NCBI GenBank assembly: GCA_050575255.1
Contig: JBNZDD010013732.1
Location: forward strand, 21,090,244 to 21,154,243
From: Harriotta raleighana
Taxonomy: Eukaryota
DNA length: 64,000 nucleotides
Direction: 5' to 3'
Shown here: positions 14,350 through 25,669 of the stretch, one piece after another
Numbering within the stretch: position 1 is the first letter of the stretch
Layout: every line of letters starts with the position of its first letter
Position numbers and translations under genes: made by a program
Notes under the pieces: generated by a model
Told to the model about the DNA's origin: nothing
Databases searched by the model: none
What the model saw: the letters and a program-made list of their open reading frames with translations, nothing else

Positions 14350-14898
14350 AACAACAACAACAAAATTATATTTGTATAGTGCTTTTCACGTAGGGAGGAC
14401 ATCCCAAGACACTGGACAGTCAATGTTTCAGACCAGAGCTGGGGTTGGGATCGGGGAGGGTGGAGGGAAAGGAGGGGATTTGGGTAATGTCGAAGAGGAG
14501 GGTCTTGAGGTGGGATTTGAAGGAGGCTAGGGAGGGGGCGAGGCAGAGGGTCTGTGGGATGGAGTTCCAGAGATTAGGGTCAGAGTGGTTTAGGGCTCGC
14601 TGCCGATGGTGGGGTGGGTGGGTCGGGAAAATTGAGCAGGCTGGAGTCTGCTGATTGGAGGGAGAAGGCAGTTTGGTAGAGGGTTAGGACGTTGAAAGGT
14701 AGGGTGGGGTGAGTCCATGGAGGGCTTTGAGGATGAGGACCAGGATCTTGAATTGCATCCTCTGGGTGATGGGGAGCCAATGGAGTTGGGCAAGAATGGG
14801 GGAGGTGGTTTCACTGAGCATGAAGCAACAGAGGACATGGGCCACAGAGTTCTGGACGAACTGCAGCCTATGGAGGGAGGAATTGGGAAGGCCGACAT
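14350..14898 (-). mobile_element. L2-clade LINE 3' end (ORF2 C-terminus and tail)
   Basis: Minus-strand peptide LHRLQFVQNSVAHVL...PILAQLHWLPITQRMQFKILVL...ALHGLTPPYL and a (gtt)n tail. Confidence 0.9.
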
Positions 14899-14919
14899 GA
14901 TAACCATGCACTGTGGCTT

Positions 14920-15258
14920 AATAACAATAATAATTCCTGATATGGTGCCTTTTCAGCTCTTCTAGATGTCTCAAATTGTTTCACAGAATATATAGTGAAT
15001 TGACTATGGGTGAAATGTGGCAGCCAATTGTGCACAGCAGTGTCCCACAAACAACAACAAAATTACATTTATAGAGCGCCTTTCACATCGGGAGGACGTT
15101 CCAAAGAGTTGTGGATTGAAATGACCAATTATTTTTGAGGGATTGTTATTGGGCGTGTGGAGTAAGGAAATTTACCCAAGGTATTACCCTGCCTGGAATT
15201 GAAACCAAGTCTCTCACTTGTAAGGCAAGTGCTCTAGCAATTGAGCTACAGGACTCCA
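14920..15258 (-). mobile_element. tRNA-headed Deu-core SINE (antisense) with a short L2 tail inserted
   Basis: Head reverse complement ttgagctacaggactcc at the right end; core ggcagccaattgtgcacagcagtgtcccaca. Confidence 0.75.
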
Positions 15259-16828
15259 TAGGTCTTCTAGCAGTCCAATGGATAGTTTGCTGATCAATGG
15301 TTGCGGCATCATGTCTTAAAATAGCATCAGAGTTAGCAATTCCCTATCACCAGATATAGAGCACAATCTCACTTGCCAACAATAACAAATTACATTTGTA
15401 TAATCCTTTTCACATTGGGATGGTGTCCCAAGGCATTGATCACAAAACTAATATGAATCAAAATTAAATAATGATACACGAGTACCAAGAAAAACTCCCC
15501 TTTCAGGTAAATCTTTAGTCTTTCTTGTTCTACCACACTTCAATTTGTTGCATTTCATTTCTGGAAATATGCTTTGTGTATCTTTTTGGAAGAGCCTTGG
15601 CATCCAACACCTCTAATGAAGCCACTAATTTGTAAAACCATGTTTTTCTTAAAGCCCTCACAAATATAAAATACGCATACAAAATATGGTCACATTTTAC
15701 CGAAAATCCCGTAAAGCACTTTCAGACTTGCTCCTAATGTGAAAAGTGCTTTATCAAATGCAAGGATTATTATTTGAGTATTCCGTGAAGCATTTGCTTA
15801 TGATGTTGTGCTGGTTAAATGTTTGTCTTTAAATATTAATGTTGGATTTGGAAATGTGCAAAAATGTGTAATTCTATAAGTTAATGGCAGTTTTATTTTA
15901 AAATGATGCTTAACTATGTTTTTTTTTCTTTTGCCTTTGTCCTGCTTACATGCCTTCAAAGCTTGTTCCCAAGTAAGCAGAGTACACAGTTTGAAGAATT
16001 TTGATTAAATCAGGATTATTTTTTTCATTTAGAGGATTTTAAATCCCTGGCGTGTTTGATTGCATGAGCTTGCTCTTTGCATAGTAAAGACTTCAGAGCA
16101 AACAGCGGGCTTGTGATTTTCACAGCACTGCTCGTGTTGAATGAAGCCAGGCCAATACCGTGAATCCTGGAGATAGGTGTAAACAATGTGGAGATGACAT
16201 GTGTAGCTCCTTTATGGCAGCCCTAGATGTGAATGGCAATAGCCCATTATAGGTAGGCAGGTGGCAGGTTTGTTATTGACATAACTTCCTGGATGAGTCG
16301 AAAAGGAGATTATGTTATAATATCCTGATGGAAAATGGCTTTTAAAGCTCTGGTACATCAAAGATCATAGTCCCAGCTGTGCGAGGCTCCTGCTCTGCGT
16401 TGTGTTGTTATTTTAAACATTAAAAAAATCCCCCTGTGTTTACTGTGGTTCTCTCGCTGAGCACCACTGTCATCTGTGTTTAGCAGTTTGCATTAATGTA
16501 TTACCTGGCTCTACTGTGCTGAAACCACAGATTCTACAGTTTAGTCTTTTACCCACCTGGTAATACAAAAACATCACTCATCTCAAGGGGAATGGAATTA
16601 TGAGGCTTTTCTTTGTTGATCGGATTCCCTGGGTTCAGTAGTGCTATAGTAACAAGCAATGGAGGAAACCAGGTTGATAACGCAAAGGCTGTGAACTGGG
16701 AATATCATTAAACTCCAGGACTTAAAAAAAAAACTTTTAAATGTTGAGGGTTCTAATAACAGAACAAGGACACACTAAAACCACCCTGGTAGTTCTTCAC
16801 GGACCGAGCTGCTGAGTCCTCGAGAATC

Positions 16829-17042
16829 ATGATTCCGAGTAAGATTTTGGTCTACCGTGCTACAAATGGAGCCACGCGAACCGAGACCATGAGAAGCACC
16901 AGGAGACGTAAAAAATCCCTGGGCGACCTGTTCCAGAACGGATACCGTGTCAAAGCTGGTCACGGACACAATGTGGACAAAGAGGAGCAAGACAACTTTC
17001 AACATTCCATAGCCTCCTGCTATCGGATTGTATGTTACTGGG
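16829..17042 (+). CDS. Candidate alternative first coding exon of KCNMA1 (71 aa + G) that splices in frame to exon 6
   Basis: Two in-frame ATGs with purine at -3 (16829, 16889); in-frame TAG upstream at 16790; locally CpG-rich; donor TGGG|gtaagg in phase 1, matching the phase-1 acceptor of exon 6. Confidence 0.55.
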
Positions 17043-19303
17043 GTAAGGCAACTCTTTCAGCAGCGTTACAAAAGGTTACAAAGGAGAGTATGACTTTGCG
17101 TATGACTCTGTTACAATTTCTCTAACGAGTTGGGAAATGTACTGTTAATGGTGACATTGTCCGATGATGTTTTTACGATATCTCAGCAATTGCATTTTAA
17201 TCTGTATTTAGAAAGCCGTCAACAGGATTTGTTATTCAGTGAGTTTTGTTGAATACCAGAGGCTTGGAATGTGCTGTTAAATTTCAATTACAATCCGCGG
17301 CAAAACAATATATTTGTTTAACAGAATTTTCAAATTTGTGTTAGTGCTGGGAAATATTTCAGCATTACTTGATGTGATGTTTCTGACTATATTTTCAGAT
17401 TTTTCATTTTATGATTAAGGTAATAACTGAATGTTAAACAACTGACCAAATCTTGTTTATGATTTCCTCTCCACAGCTTTTCATATATATATATTATATA
17501 TATTTTCAATTATTCTAGTTTCATCCCAATATTTTTGTTTACTTTAACCATGAAATGCATAACTTCTGTCTGATCAGGACAGGAACAAAACTGATTTGCT
17601 TACATTTCTAAATGCTGAACTCTCTTCATGCAGAGTTTGCTGAAATGAACCAACTCAGAGAAGTTCCTTTAGTTCACAGAATAAACTGAAATGAAGTAGC
17701 ATTGTCTGGTTGGTTGCAGAACTAAATCTTTTGCAGTTTTCAAATGGTTAACAGCCTACGCATTAATTCAGAGCTATCTGCCCTTGTTTTCCATTGGCTG
17801 TTTGTGCAACATCAGACTGTTTTTAAGATCACTCTACTTATGGTCCCTTTAGGTTTGCAAGTCTAAAAATACTTCAAAATATTCAGGCCAGTGTATTTCT
17901 TAAGGCCAATTTATCAAACTATGAATGGGAGCTGCTGGCATTCCAGATCACATTGAATTTAAGCTGTGAATCGCAGGTCTGGCATAAATCCCTGATAATT
18001 TTGACTCTGCAACCAAGTGACATTTGTCCCATATTATTTGCTTAGAAATTTCCTATTGAGCTTCATGCTCAAGAACATAAGAATTTGCTGGGGAAAAAGA
18101 AGACCAAGGCCCATGAAGTTCATCTTCCACCATCCTGGCAGTTGCTTGACATGTCATGTCCCAAACTATACACTGTATCCTGAGATATTATTTTCTAAGA
18201 GAAATCTGAACCAATTTGATCTTCAAACATACTATCTTGATAGTTTTCTTGAAAGAATATGAGGAAAACAATATTTGGATACACTAATTTTTCTTTAATT
18301 TTTTAGTTCTTCTCTAGATTTGTTATGTGCAAGAGATTGTCATATGCATTATGGTGGTCACCTTTGGTCCTGGGATAATGTCAATGTACTGAGTGGATTG
18401 ATCTTAGCCTCGGTGAAAACTGGTGCCGCAGTAGTAGTAGCTTATAAATTTCATGTTAGGCTTCATTGTATCCTGACAGTATCATTTAGATATATGAGTA
18501 GCACGTCCGAGTTAGGGAAGGAAAAATCATCCTGTAGTTCTTTCTCCCAAGCAACAGGAGACTCCTGTTAGACAGGATCAATTTGCCCCCCTCAAATTGT
18601 GTTTTTGGAAGGCTTTAGCCATTGTGAACTATTTTCGATCAATGAGCACCTTTTGATCAAACAATCTAGCTTTCATATATTTTACTTATTTTTCATGTCT
18701 TCTCCTGGGAGGCTTGGAGAGTGTGAGGAGATTGTATGTGCGAGCATGAGTCATGAATTCTCCTTGATCACTCTGTCTATCTGATCTTACATAAGCTGTT
18801 GTTTGAACAACAAAGGTTTAGAAACTTGCCTTTGAATGCCCTTCCAATCTGAGATGTGCCCAGCCTCCTTATGATAGTCTCTTCAAATGGTCTGAAAATA
18901 AACTACAGTATACATTCATCTAGCTAAACCACAGGAGTGTCAAGTGTCGAGGCAGGCTTGAGTCAATGAAACATCCTGTGGTTCCAAGTCAAATATTGAA
19001 CAGCCTTGGGTGGAATTCCTATTCTTTGCATGTGTAGCAATATGATGCTTTTGTCAGAGCCTGTGGAGAGTGGACATGTTTAATCTTCACAGATGCAGCT
19101 TCGCATTAAGGGCCATAAGCTTACAGCCAGGCCTAGAGTCCGTACACAAATTGTATTTTCATTTGAAGCTTATTGCCCATCTCACCAGGGCACTGTTAAT
19201 ATGTAAATTACTAAAGTTCAATTTTAATATGCAAATCACTGAGGTCCAGCTATTCGTTTGAGTTCATAGTATAAAGAGTGACCTCACTGGTCTGACGTCC
19301 ATG

Positions 19304-19661
19304 ACAACAACAACAACAACAACAAACAGCAACAAAATTACATTTGTATAGCACCTTTCAAGTCGGGAGGATGCCCAAGGTGCTGGGCAGTCAGTGTTTC
19401 AGCTTCGGGATCAGGGAGGGTGGAGGGAAGGGAGGAGAAGGGAGCTGACGGATGACACTGGAGGAGGGTCTTGAGGCGGGACTTGAAGGAGGCTAGGGAG
19501 GGGGGTGAGAGGCAGAGGGATTGCGGGATGGAAGTCCAGAGGTTGGAGGCAGAGTGGCTGAAGGCTCGCCCATCGATGGTGTAGGGGGACATGGAGTAGG
19601 CTAGAGCCCGCTGAGCAGAGGGAGAGGACAGGTTGCAGGGGGTTAGGATGTCACAGAGGTA
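19304..19661 (-). mobile_element. L2-clade LINE 3' end
   Basis: (aac)n tail; minus-strand peptide GRAFSHSASNLWTSIPQSL...FKSRLKTLL. Confidence 0.85.
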
Positions 19662-19746
19662 CAATTCTCACTCCTAATATATTTTCCAATGATTCCTCCC
19701 ACAACCTGATACATGTTTATAATAATGGGAAGAATACAATGCTATA

Positions 19747-20533
19747 CAGTTAACCCTCGTCGAACGCGAATTTGTTGATTGCGAATTCAAGTGTATGCGA
19801 TGAAACAAAAGTATCACTTTTTTGTGCAGTGGTTGTAAAACCTGTGTATATGCGCTGGCTGGCCCCCGTGTGCATGCGCATGTGTGAGGATGCTGATAGC
19901 TCCCAACTAAATCTGATGATTCCTCGGCTGGCTGGCCTCACGCGCAATGCATTCTTGAGTAACTTTTAGATAATTCTTTGGCCTTGAAGCATCCTGATGG
20001 CATTGATGGTAAACAGAAGAGACAGAGAGAGAAAGAGTCTCCTAATAGTAATTTAGCCTAGCTGTGCTTTTATTGCTTTATTGCTTTCTTTTTATTGCTT
20101 TACTGCTTTGTTATTGCTTTATAGTGAGCTGTAACCTTTCTGCATCTCCTGTCCCGACCGCCTGCGGCTCTCTGCCCTCTGCCTGACCCTTCGTGGCTCT
20201 CTGCTCCCCCTCGCCCCCTCGTGGCTCCCTGCTCCCCCCCCACCCTTCTCCCCGATTTTTCTCTGCCTCCCTCCTGGGCACCCCCTGATTTCTCACTCCC
20301 GGGTGGTTGGGGAGACGAGAGCAGGAAGAAGGTAGCAGGGGGGAAGCAACAAGAGCGGGGAGAGGCGGGCAGAGCAAGGTGCGGGCCAGCCAGCTGTAGC
20401 CCGCCTCAGTATGTACCTTGCATTTGGATGTGCCTGGAGGCTTAAGGTGGGTACCTGCGACTGGATTCCCCTAAGCTTACATAACACAATTTTATTGAGT
20501 GCACAGTTTTCCATGATCGATGAGGGTTAACTG
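19747..20533. mobile_element. Non-autonomous Tc1/mariner-pogo (Tigger-like) element
   Basis: TA|CAGTTAACCCTCGTCGA ... TCGATGAGGGTTAACTG|TA terminal inverted repeats with a TA target duplication. Confidence 0.88.
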
Positions 20534-20537
20534 TATA

Positions 20538-20934
20538 CAGTAAAAGCTCATTTATCCGGCACCCTCAGAAACTGACCGGTGCCGGTTATTTAAATCTGAC
20601 GAATATTCAAGAAGCCGGTTGCCGAAAATCCTACACAAAATATTTACTTATTTTAAAACATATCATATTAATAATAGACTAAATAATAACAGAATATAGT
20701 ATGGATACATAGCAATAAAGCATTCCAGTACACTCGCTAAAATGATCTGTAAAATAAAAATTCCAGCATTCGTTAAGTTTAATAAGTGCGCATGCACACG
20801 CATTGCACGTGTGCGCAAAGTGAGCATACTCGCAAGTATCCCGGATGGCTTCGGCATGAGATCCTTTTGCTGGAATGGTGAATTTTGTTGGGAGATACTG
20901 GTTGGTTGGATGCCATATAAACGAGCTTTTACTG
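20538..20934. mobile_element. Second pogo/Tigger-like MITE
   Basis: TA|CAGTAAAAGCTCATTTATCCGGCACCC ... GGATGCCATATAAACGAGCTTTTACTG|TA. Confidence 0.88.
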
Positions 20935-21379
20935 TAGCTACATTTAATAAGTATAGTAATTTAATTACCCTAATAATGTAGATAATGTGGATACTCTAGT
21001 TGTAAACTTATAGCGATATATTCCAACTGAATACAATGCAGTATAACTACCATGCATATCATCTCTGTCAAAAACAATCTTAATAATTCCATTTGGAAGA
21101 CTTCAGATAGTAAAAAAANAAAAAAATTTGTTGTATTAATCAGGTCAAGATATGAAGTACATTACGGAAATGTTTGTTATTTTCTTGCCTTATTCAAACG
21201 TTTTCTGAATGATTTTTTCCCCATCCTTTAGTTAAATGTTAACTCAGCTCTTCAAAGTGTGTTTTCACAACACGTGTGGAATAGATTGTTTTAAAAAAAA
21301 ACTTTATATTGCATACTGCTTTATTCATTTCAATTGCTTTAATAATCCCATGTTTGCAAATAACACTGTCTCGGAAGTG

Positions 21380-21680
21380 TAATCCTATAGCTCAGTGGTA
21401 AGAGCACTCGCCCTACAAGGAAGAGACCTGGGTTTGATTCCAGGCAGATCAGGGTGAAACCTTGGGCAAGTTTCCTTACTCCATATGCCTGATAATAATT
21501 CCTCAAAAAAAACAATAAGAAATTGGTCACTTCAACCCACGACTGTTTGTAGAATTGGGTGCCACGTTTTGCCCACAATTATACAGTCAATTCACTTTAC
21601 AGTATTACAGTGTTAAGCTCTTTGAGATGTCTACAACACGTGAAAAGACGCTATATCAAATATAAGGATTATTATCATTA
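21380..21680 (+). mobile_element. Full-length tRNA-headed Deu-core SINE
   Basis: A box tagctcagtgg, B box gggtttgattcc, core aattgggtgccacgttttgcccaca, tail tatatcaaatataaggattatt. Confidence 0.85.
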
Positions 21681-22734
21681 TATTCATGTATTTCTGTTCA
21701 CAGATCATTGTTTCAGCTAGTTAAATTAGTCTGGCATATTTGGTTTAGAATTGTTTCATTTAGTAATCTAGGCTTTGTATTGCTTTGCATGAAAACAGAG
21801 CAGTAAGGTAGATTTTTAGGTTTATATTCTGCGAAGATCATAGAAATACTCTATTGTCATCACAATTAAGGGACGTTAAGTTTCCTTTCTCAGTATTTCT
21901 TATGTGGAAGTTTGTGATTAACTTCCTGTCGTCAACATTGATGATACTCAAGTTTTGATGCCACAATTCTGCATAATATTGAATGATATTGAAGATCAGA
22001 ATTAATCAATTATTTAATAAGCATGATAAATATGGAATCTTTGAAGTTTAATAAAGCTTCAGTTAGTCTATTCCCCTTCCACAAATCTCAAAAATATTTA
22101 TATACAACAGATAGCTAATTAGAATAATATTCATTATTGACACTTGTACATTCCTTTGGGGTATTTACCCAATCAGTGTTGCATCTTTGTGAGAATTCCA
22201 GGTGAATAATCATCAAAGGCTGTTCCTTGCTATTCCTTTTTTATTTTATCATTCATTATCTTAAAAAAGGTAAACCATGTGGCATCTAGGATAGGGCCAC
22301 GTTACCCTTTGGGGATTTGACATAGAATTGAGACGTGCCTTCACTTCCAATTCTTATTCATGTGCCCGAAATGCTTGTTAAACTCGAATAATACTTGACA
22401 TTAAGATAAACCTGACTAGCTTTGCCATAATACTTCCTCAAAGCCAGTTTTGGCCCAGGGATATCCTAATTGCACCAACCCCTTCTAACTGATGAATCTG
22501 TAAGTAAGCCTGATTGAATTCAAACTCCGAATGTTTCAGTTCTTTGGCTTTTGTCTCCTGGTTGAGCTGTCTTGCAATTAAAGAAAAGATTGTTAAAAAA
22601 CAGGATTTGTTAAGGTATTAAGATGTAATCTCATTCGTATTGGATTGTATCTGGAAAGTAATAAACCAGAACATTATGATTGAATGGGGACAGTGGAGGA
22701 GGTTTGCCAATCTATGTACTTCTCAGCAATTTAT

Positions 22735-23024
22735 GGAGTCCTGTAGCTCAGTGGCACTAGCCCTACAAATGTCAGACCTGGGTTCAATTCCAGTCAGGGC
22801 AAAACTTCAGACAAGTTTCCTTACTCCACACTCCTGTTTCTAATCTCTTCAAGAAAAAATTGGTCATTTCAATCCATGGCTGTTTGTAGGATACTGCTGT
22901 GTGCAATTGGCTGCTGGATTTTGCCCACAAATATACAGTTAATTCACTTGATAGTATTTTCTTAGAAGTACTTTGAGATGTTTGCAAGATGTGATAAGGT
23001 ACTATTTCAAATGCAAGGATTATT
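22735..23024 (+). mobile_element. Full-length tRNA-headed Deu-core SINE
   Basis: ggagtcctgtagctcagtgg...gggttcaattcc...gtgcaattggctgctg...aaatgcaaggattatt. Confidence 0.85.
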
Positions 23025-23622
23025 CTTCTTACAATTACCAGTGAAGTGCTTTGAACTCTTTTGCTATATCAACTTTTCCAAATTTCCTCTTCTCCAATAT
23101 TATGCTCAGTACTAGCTTGTTTTATTTGTGTTTTATTGTGTTATGAATTGACGTGCGGGCCGGCAATGGTATAAGGGATTCCAGTTTATGATTCATTCTT
23201 AAAATTCGGAACAGTATCACTAAACCTTGGAAGTTTTTTTAGTTTCTGTTATAACAGTGTATTTGAAGCCATCGAGAATTAGGACTATTAAGATGTTGTA
23301 CATTCTGTAGTGTGTGCACACCGCAGATACTGATGCTCACCATTCAAGATGATAGTTGATGTCACAAATCATAACTATTACACTTGGGTCTAATATGTAG
23401 CTGCTTTTACTGTGATTTCTTAAGGGGAAATCATAAGTACTTCACTCTAACTTGGAGAAACTGCAATCCAGTGCAATCTATTTTCAAAGCCAATTTAAAA
23501 TGTGTGATGGACTAAGTTACTGGAAGTAATCTTAACAGATTCCTTATTTTGTACACATAAACTCTTAGCCTGTGCTTGTATCTCCAGAACTCTGAATGTC
23601 ATTCTTTTTATAATGTTTGTAA

Positions 23623-23751
<129 letters not shown>

Positions 23752-25578
23752 TAAGCAGTCTCAGCATAATCAATTTTCATAACTGAAGACAATTGCACAT
23801 ATTGCTCCCATTGCAATAGCCCGATTGGACCTACCAATAGATTTTCAGATGTTTTGCTTTGCTCTTAAGCTATCTAAAAAATGTTTTGATTATTTGTTAG
23901 TTGGGTAAAAATATTCTGCAGCATGCAAATTAAATGTACTTAGAGGAGATAACTGTGTTTTTATTCTGCGTAGGTTTAGCTCCTAGAAGAGCTTTGAATA
24001 ATATGCTTTAAAAGCATCCACACTAAAGCCTCTGTGTCAGTTATCAGGAAGGTTTTGCCCTATAGCAGTTAATGGATCTGCTCCAGTGTAAACTCTAGTG
24101 TTTTCGGTACTTGTAAATTTGTTTTGCTTAGAATAACCTTATTACTGCTGGATACCAACAGTGATGTGATTTCAATTGTTGAATTGTTACATACTTTTTC
24201 TTTCAATGCTACATACGTTACCTCAAAGAGTTTACTCACATCAATAGGTCTTTTGATTAACTAAATGCATCCCTACATAAAAATCCAAATTGGACATTTT
24301 TGTTTTTGATCTGAAGTGCTGATTATTTTTTTTTAAAAAGGGGAGTTGGGAGTAATTTTCAGAACATTGTGATTTTTTAAGTAATATGGAAAAAGATTGT
24401 GCAGAGTGTTAAATTGAGATGTCGCAATCCAGTGGTTTAAAGAATGGACAAAATGGATCAAACATTCTATGTATTTATTCTATGTATGACACATAACACA
24501 AATGGAAGTATTGAAAGGTAGATATACAATTTGAGTATCTAAATTTGTAAAATATACAGCTAACGTTAGTCCATTTACTTTATAATAAGAATTTTTCAGA
24601 AAATGAGATTACAATTACAGAAAATAATACTACTGTATATAGTGAAGATAAAATATGTACATGAGTGCATTGATCGAAATTTGAAAATTCTATCCAGTGC
24701 ATTCTTTACAAATTCCACTGTGCTGGCCAACAATCTCCTAAATAAAATTGATCTTTCACTATATGGCTATTTGTCGGATATTGCCGTGCTGTTATATTCA
24801 CCTACAAATGTACAGTCATTACATTTTATTATAATCCTTGCATTTTATTTTTGATAGGTGTGTTGCTCTATCTCAGTTGGTAGCACAATGTGTTTTTTTG
24901 TTCCTTACTTTCCTCTTGCTTCATTACAGGTTGTCCTGTTCAGGCTTTGCTGTCATATTTTGTATTATCTATTAACGCCACCAATTTTCTTGCCAATTTC
25001 TAACCACTATTATTATACTTTGAGTGGCTCCATGTCATGTCATGCAAATGCAAATGCTTTGTGAGATTATTGAGGCAAGATTAGGGTCTCCTGCTGACAC
25101 GGACATCAATCTAACACCTTTATCTGTATATATTAACACTATGCTTGGTCAGCCTCAAATAACACGTATTTTATGAATTGTTTTATTTTATTTATGTCGG
25201 TGAACCATTTGCATTGTTGTATGTGAAGTTTTGAGGTGCAAAATCACAGTTGATATAAACTAATGTGACAGAGCAAAGCAGCCCAAATAACTTAATAACC
25301 TGTCAAACATCTTGGCTCTCACCTAGCATTTCCCGCTCTGTGTAGACAGGACGCACTGACCTGAGCATAATTGTCGACACTGGAGTTATCATACCATCAC
25401 ATCATCTACAGTCGATGGCTGAGATTAAATTTGATATCTCTGCCACTGTTATTCCAATGCTGTCTGGGGGATTCTGCTGTGAGCAAGCCCATAACAATGC
25501 GATTTCATGTTCATTTGTGCAGAGAAATGCTACATTGCCCACACTACATAAAAAGTATGTGAGAAAAATGGATCCGAA

Positions 25579-25669
25579 CAGAGCCACTGTTCACTTCCAA
25601 ACTAGACTAAAGAGTTAAGCACTAGTTGCTTAACTCTTTAGTCTAGATTGGAAGAGAATAGTGGCTCTG
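25579..25669. repeat. Near-perfect palindrome/hairpin (43-bp stem, 5-nt loop)
   Basis: CAGAGCCACTGTTCACTTCCAAACTAGACTAAAGAGTTAAGCA-ctagt-TGCTTAACTCTTTAGTCTAGATTGGAAGAGAATAGTGGCTCTG; 3 non-Watson-Crick positions. Confidence 0.95.

Noticed and set aside
17043-17125. C-terminal part of the 98-aa ORF as a standalone small protein
   Set aside because: It lies past a strong in-phase donor, so read-through into the intron is the simpler explanation.
21380-21455. tRNA-like sequences (also 22735, 32782, 53040-53109)
   Set aside because: They are A/B-box SINE heads that run into the SINE body and do not form a complete cloverleaf.
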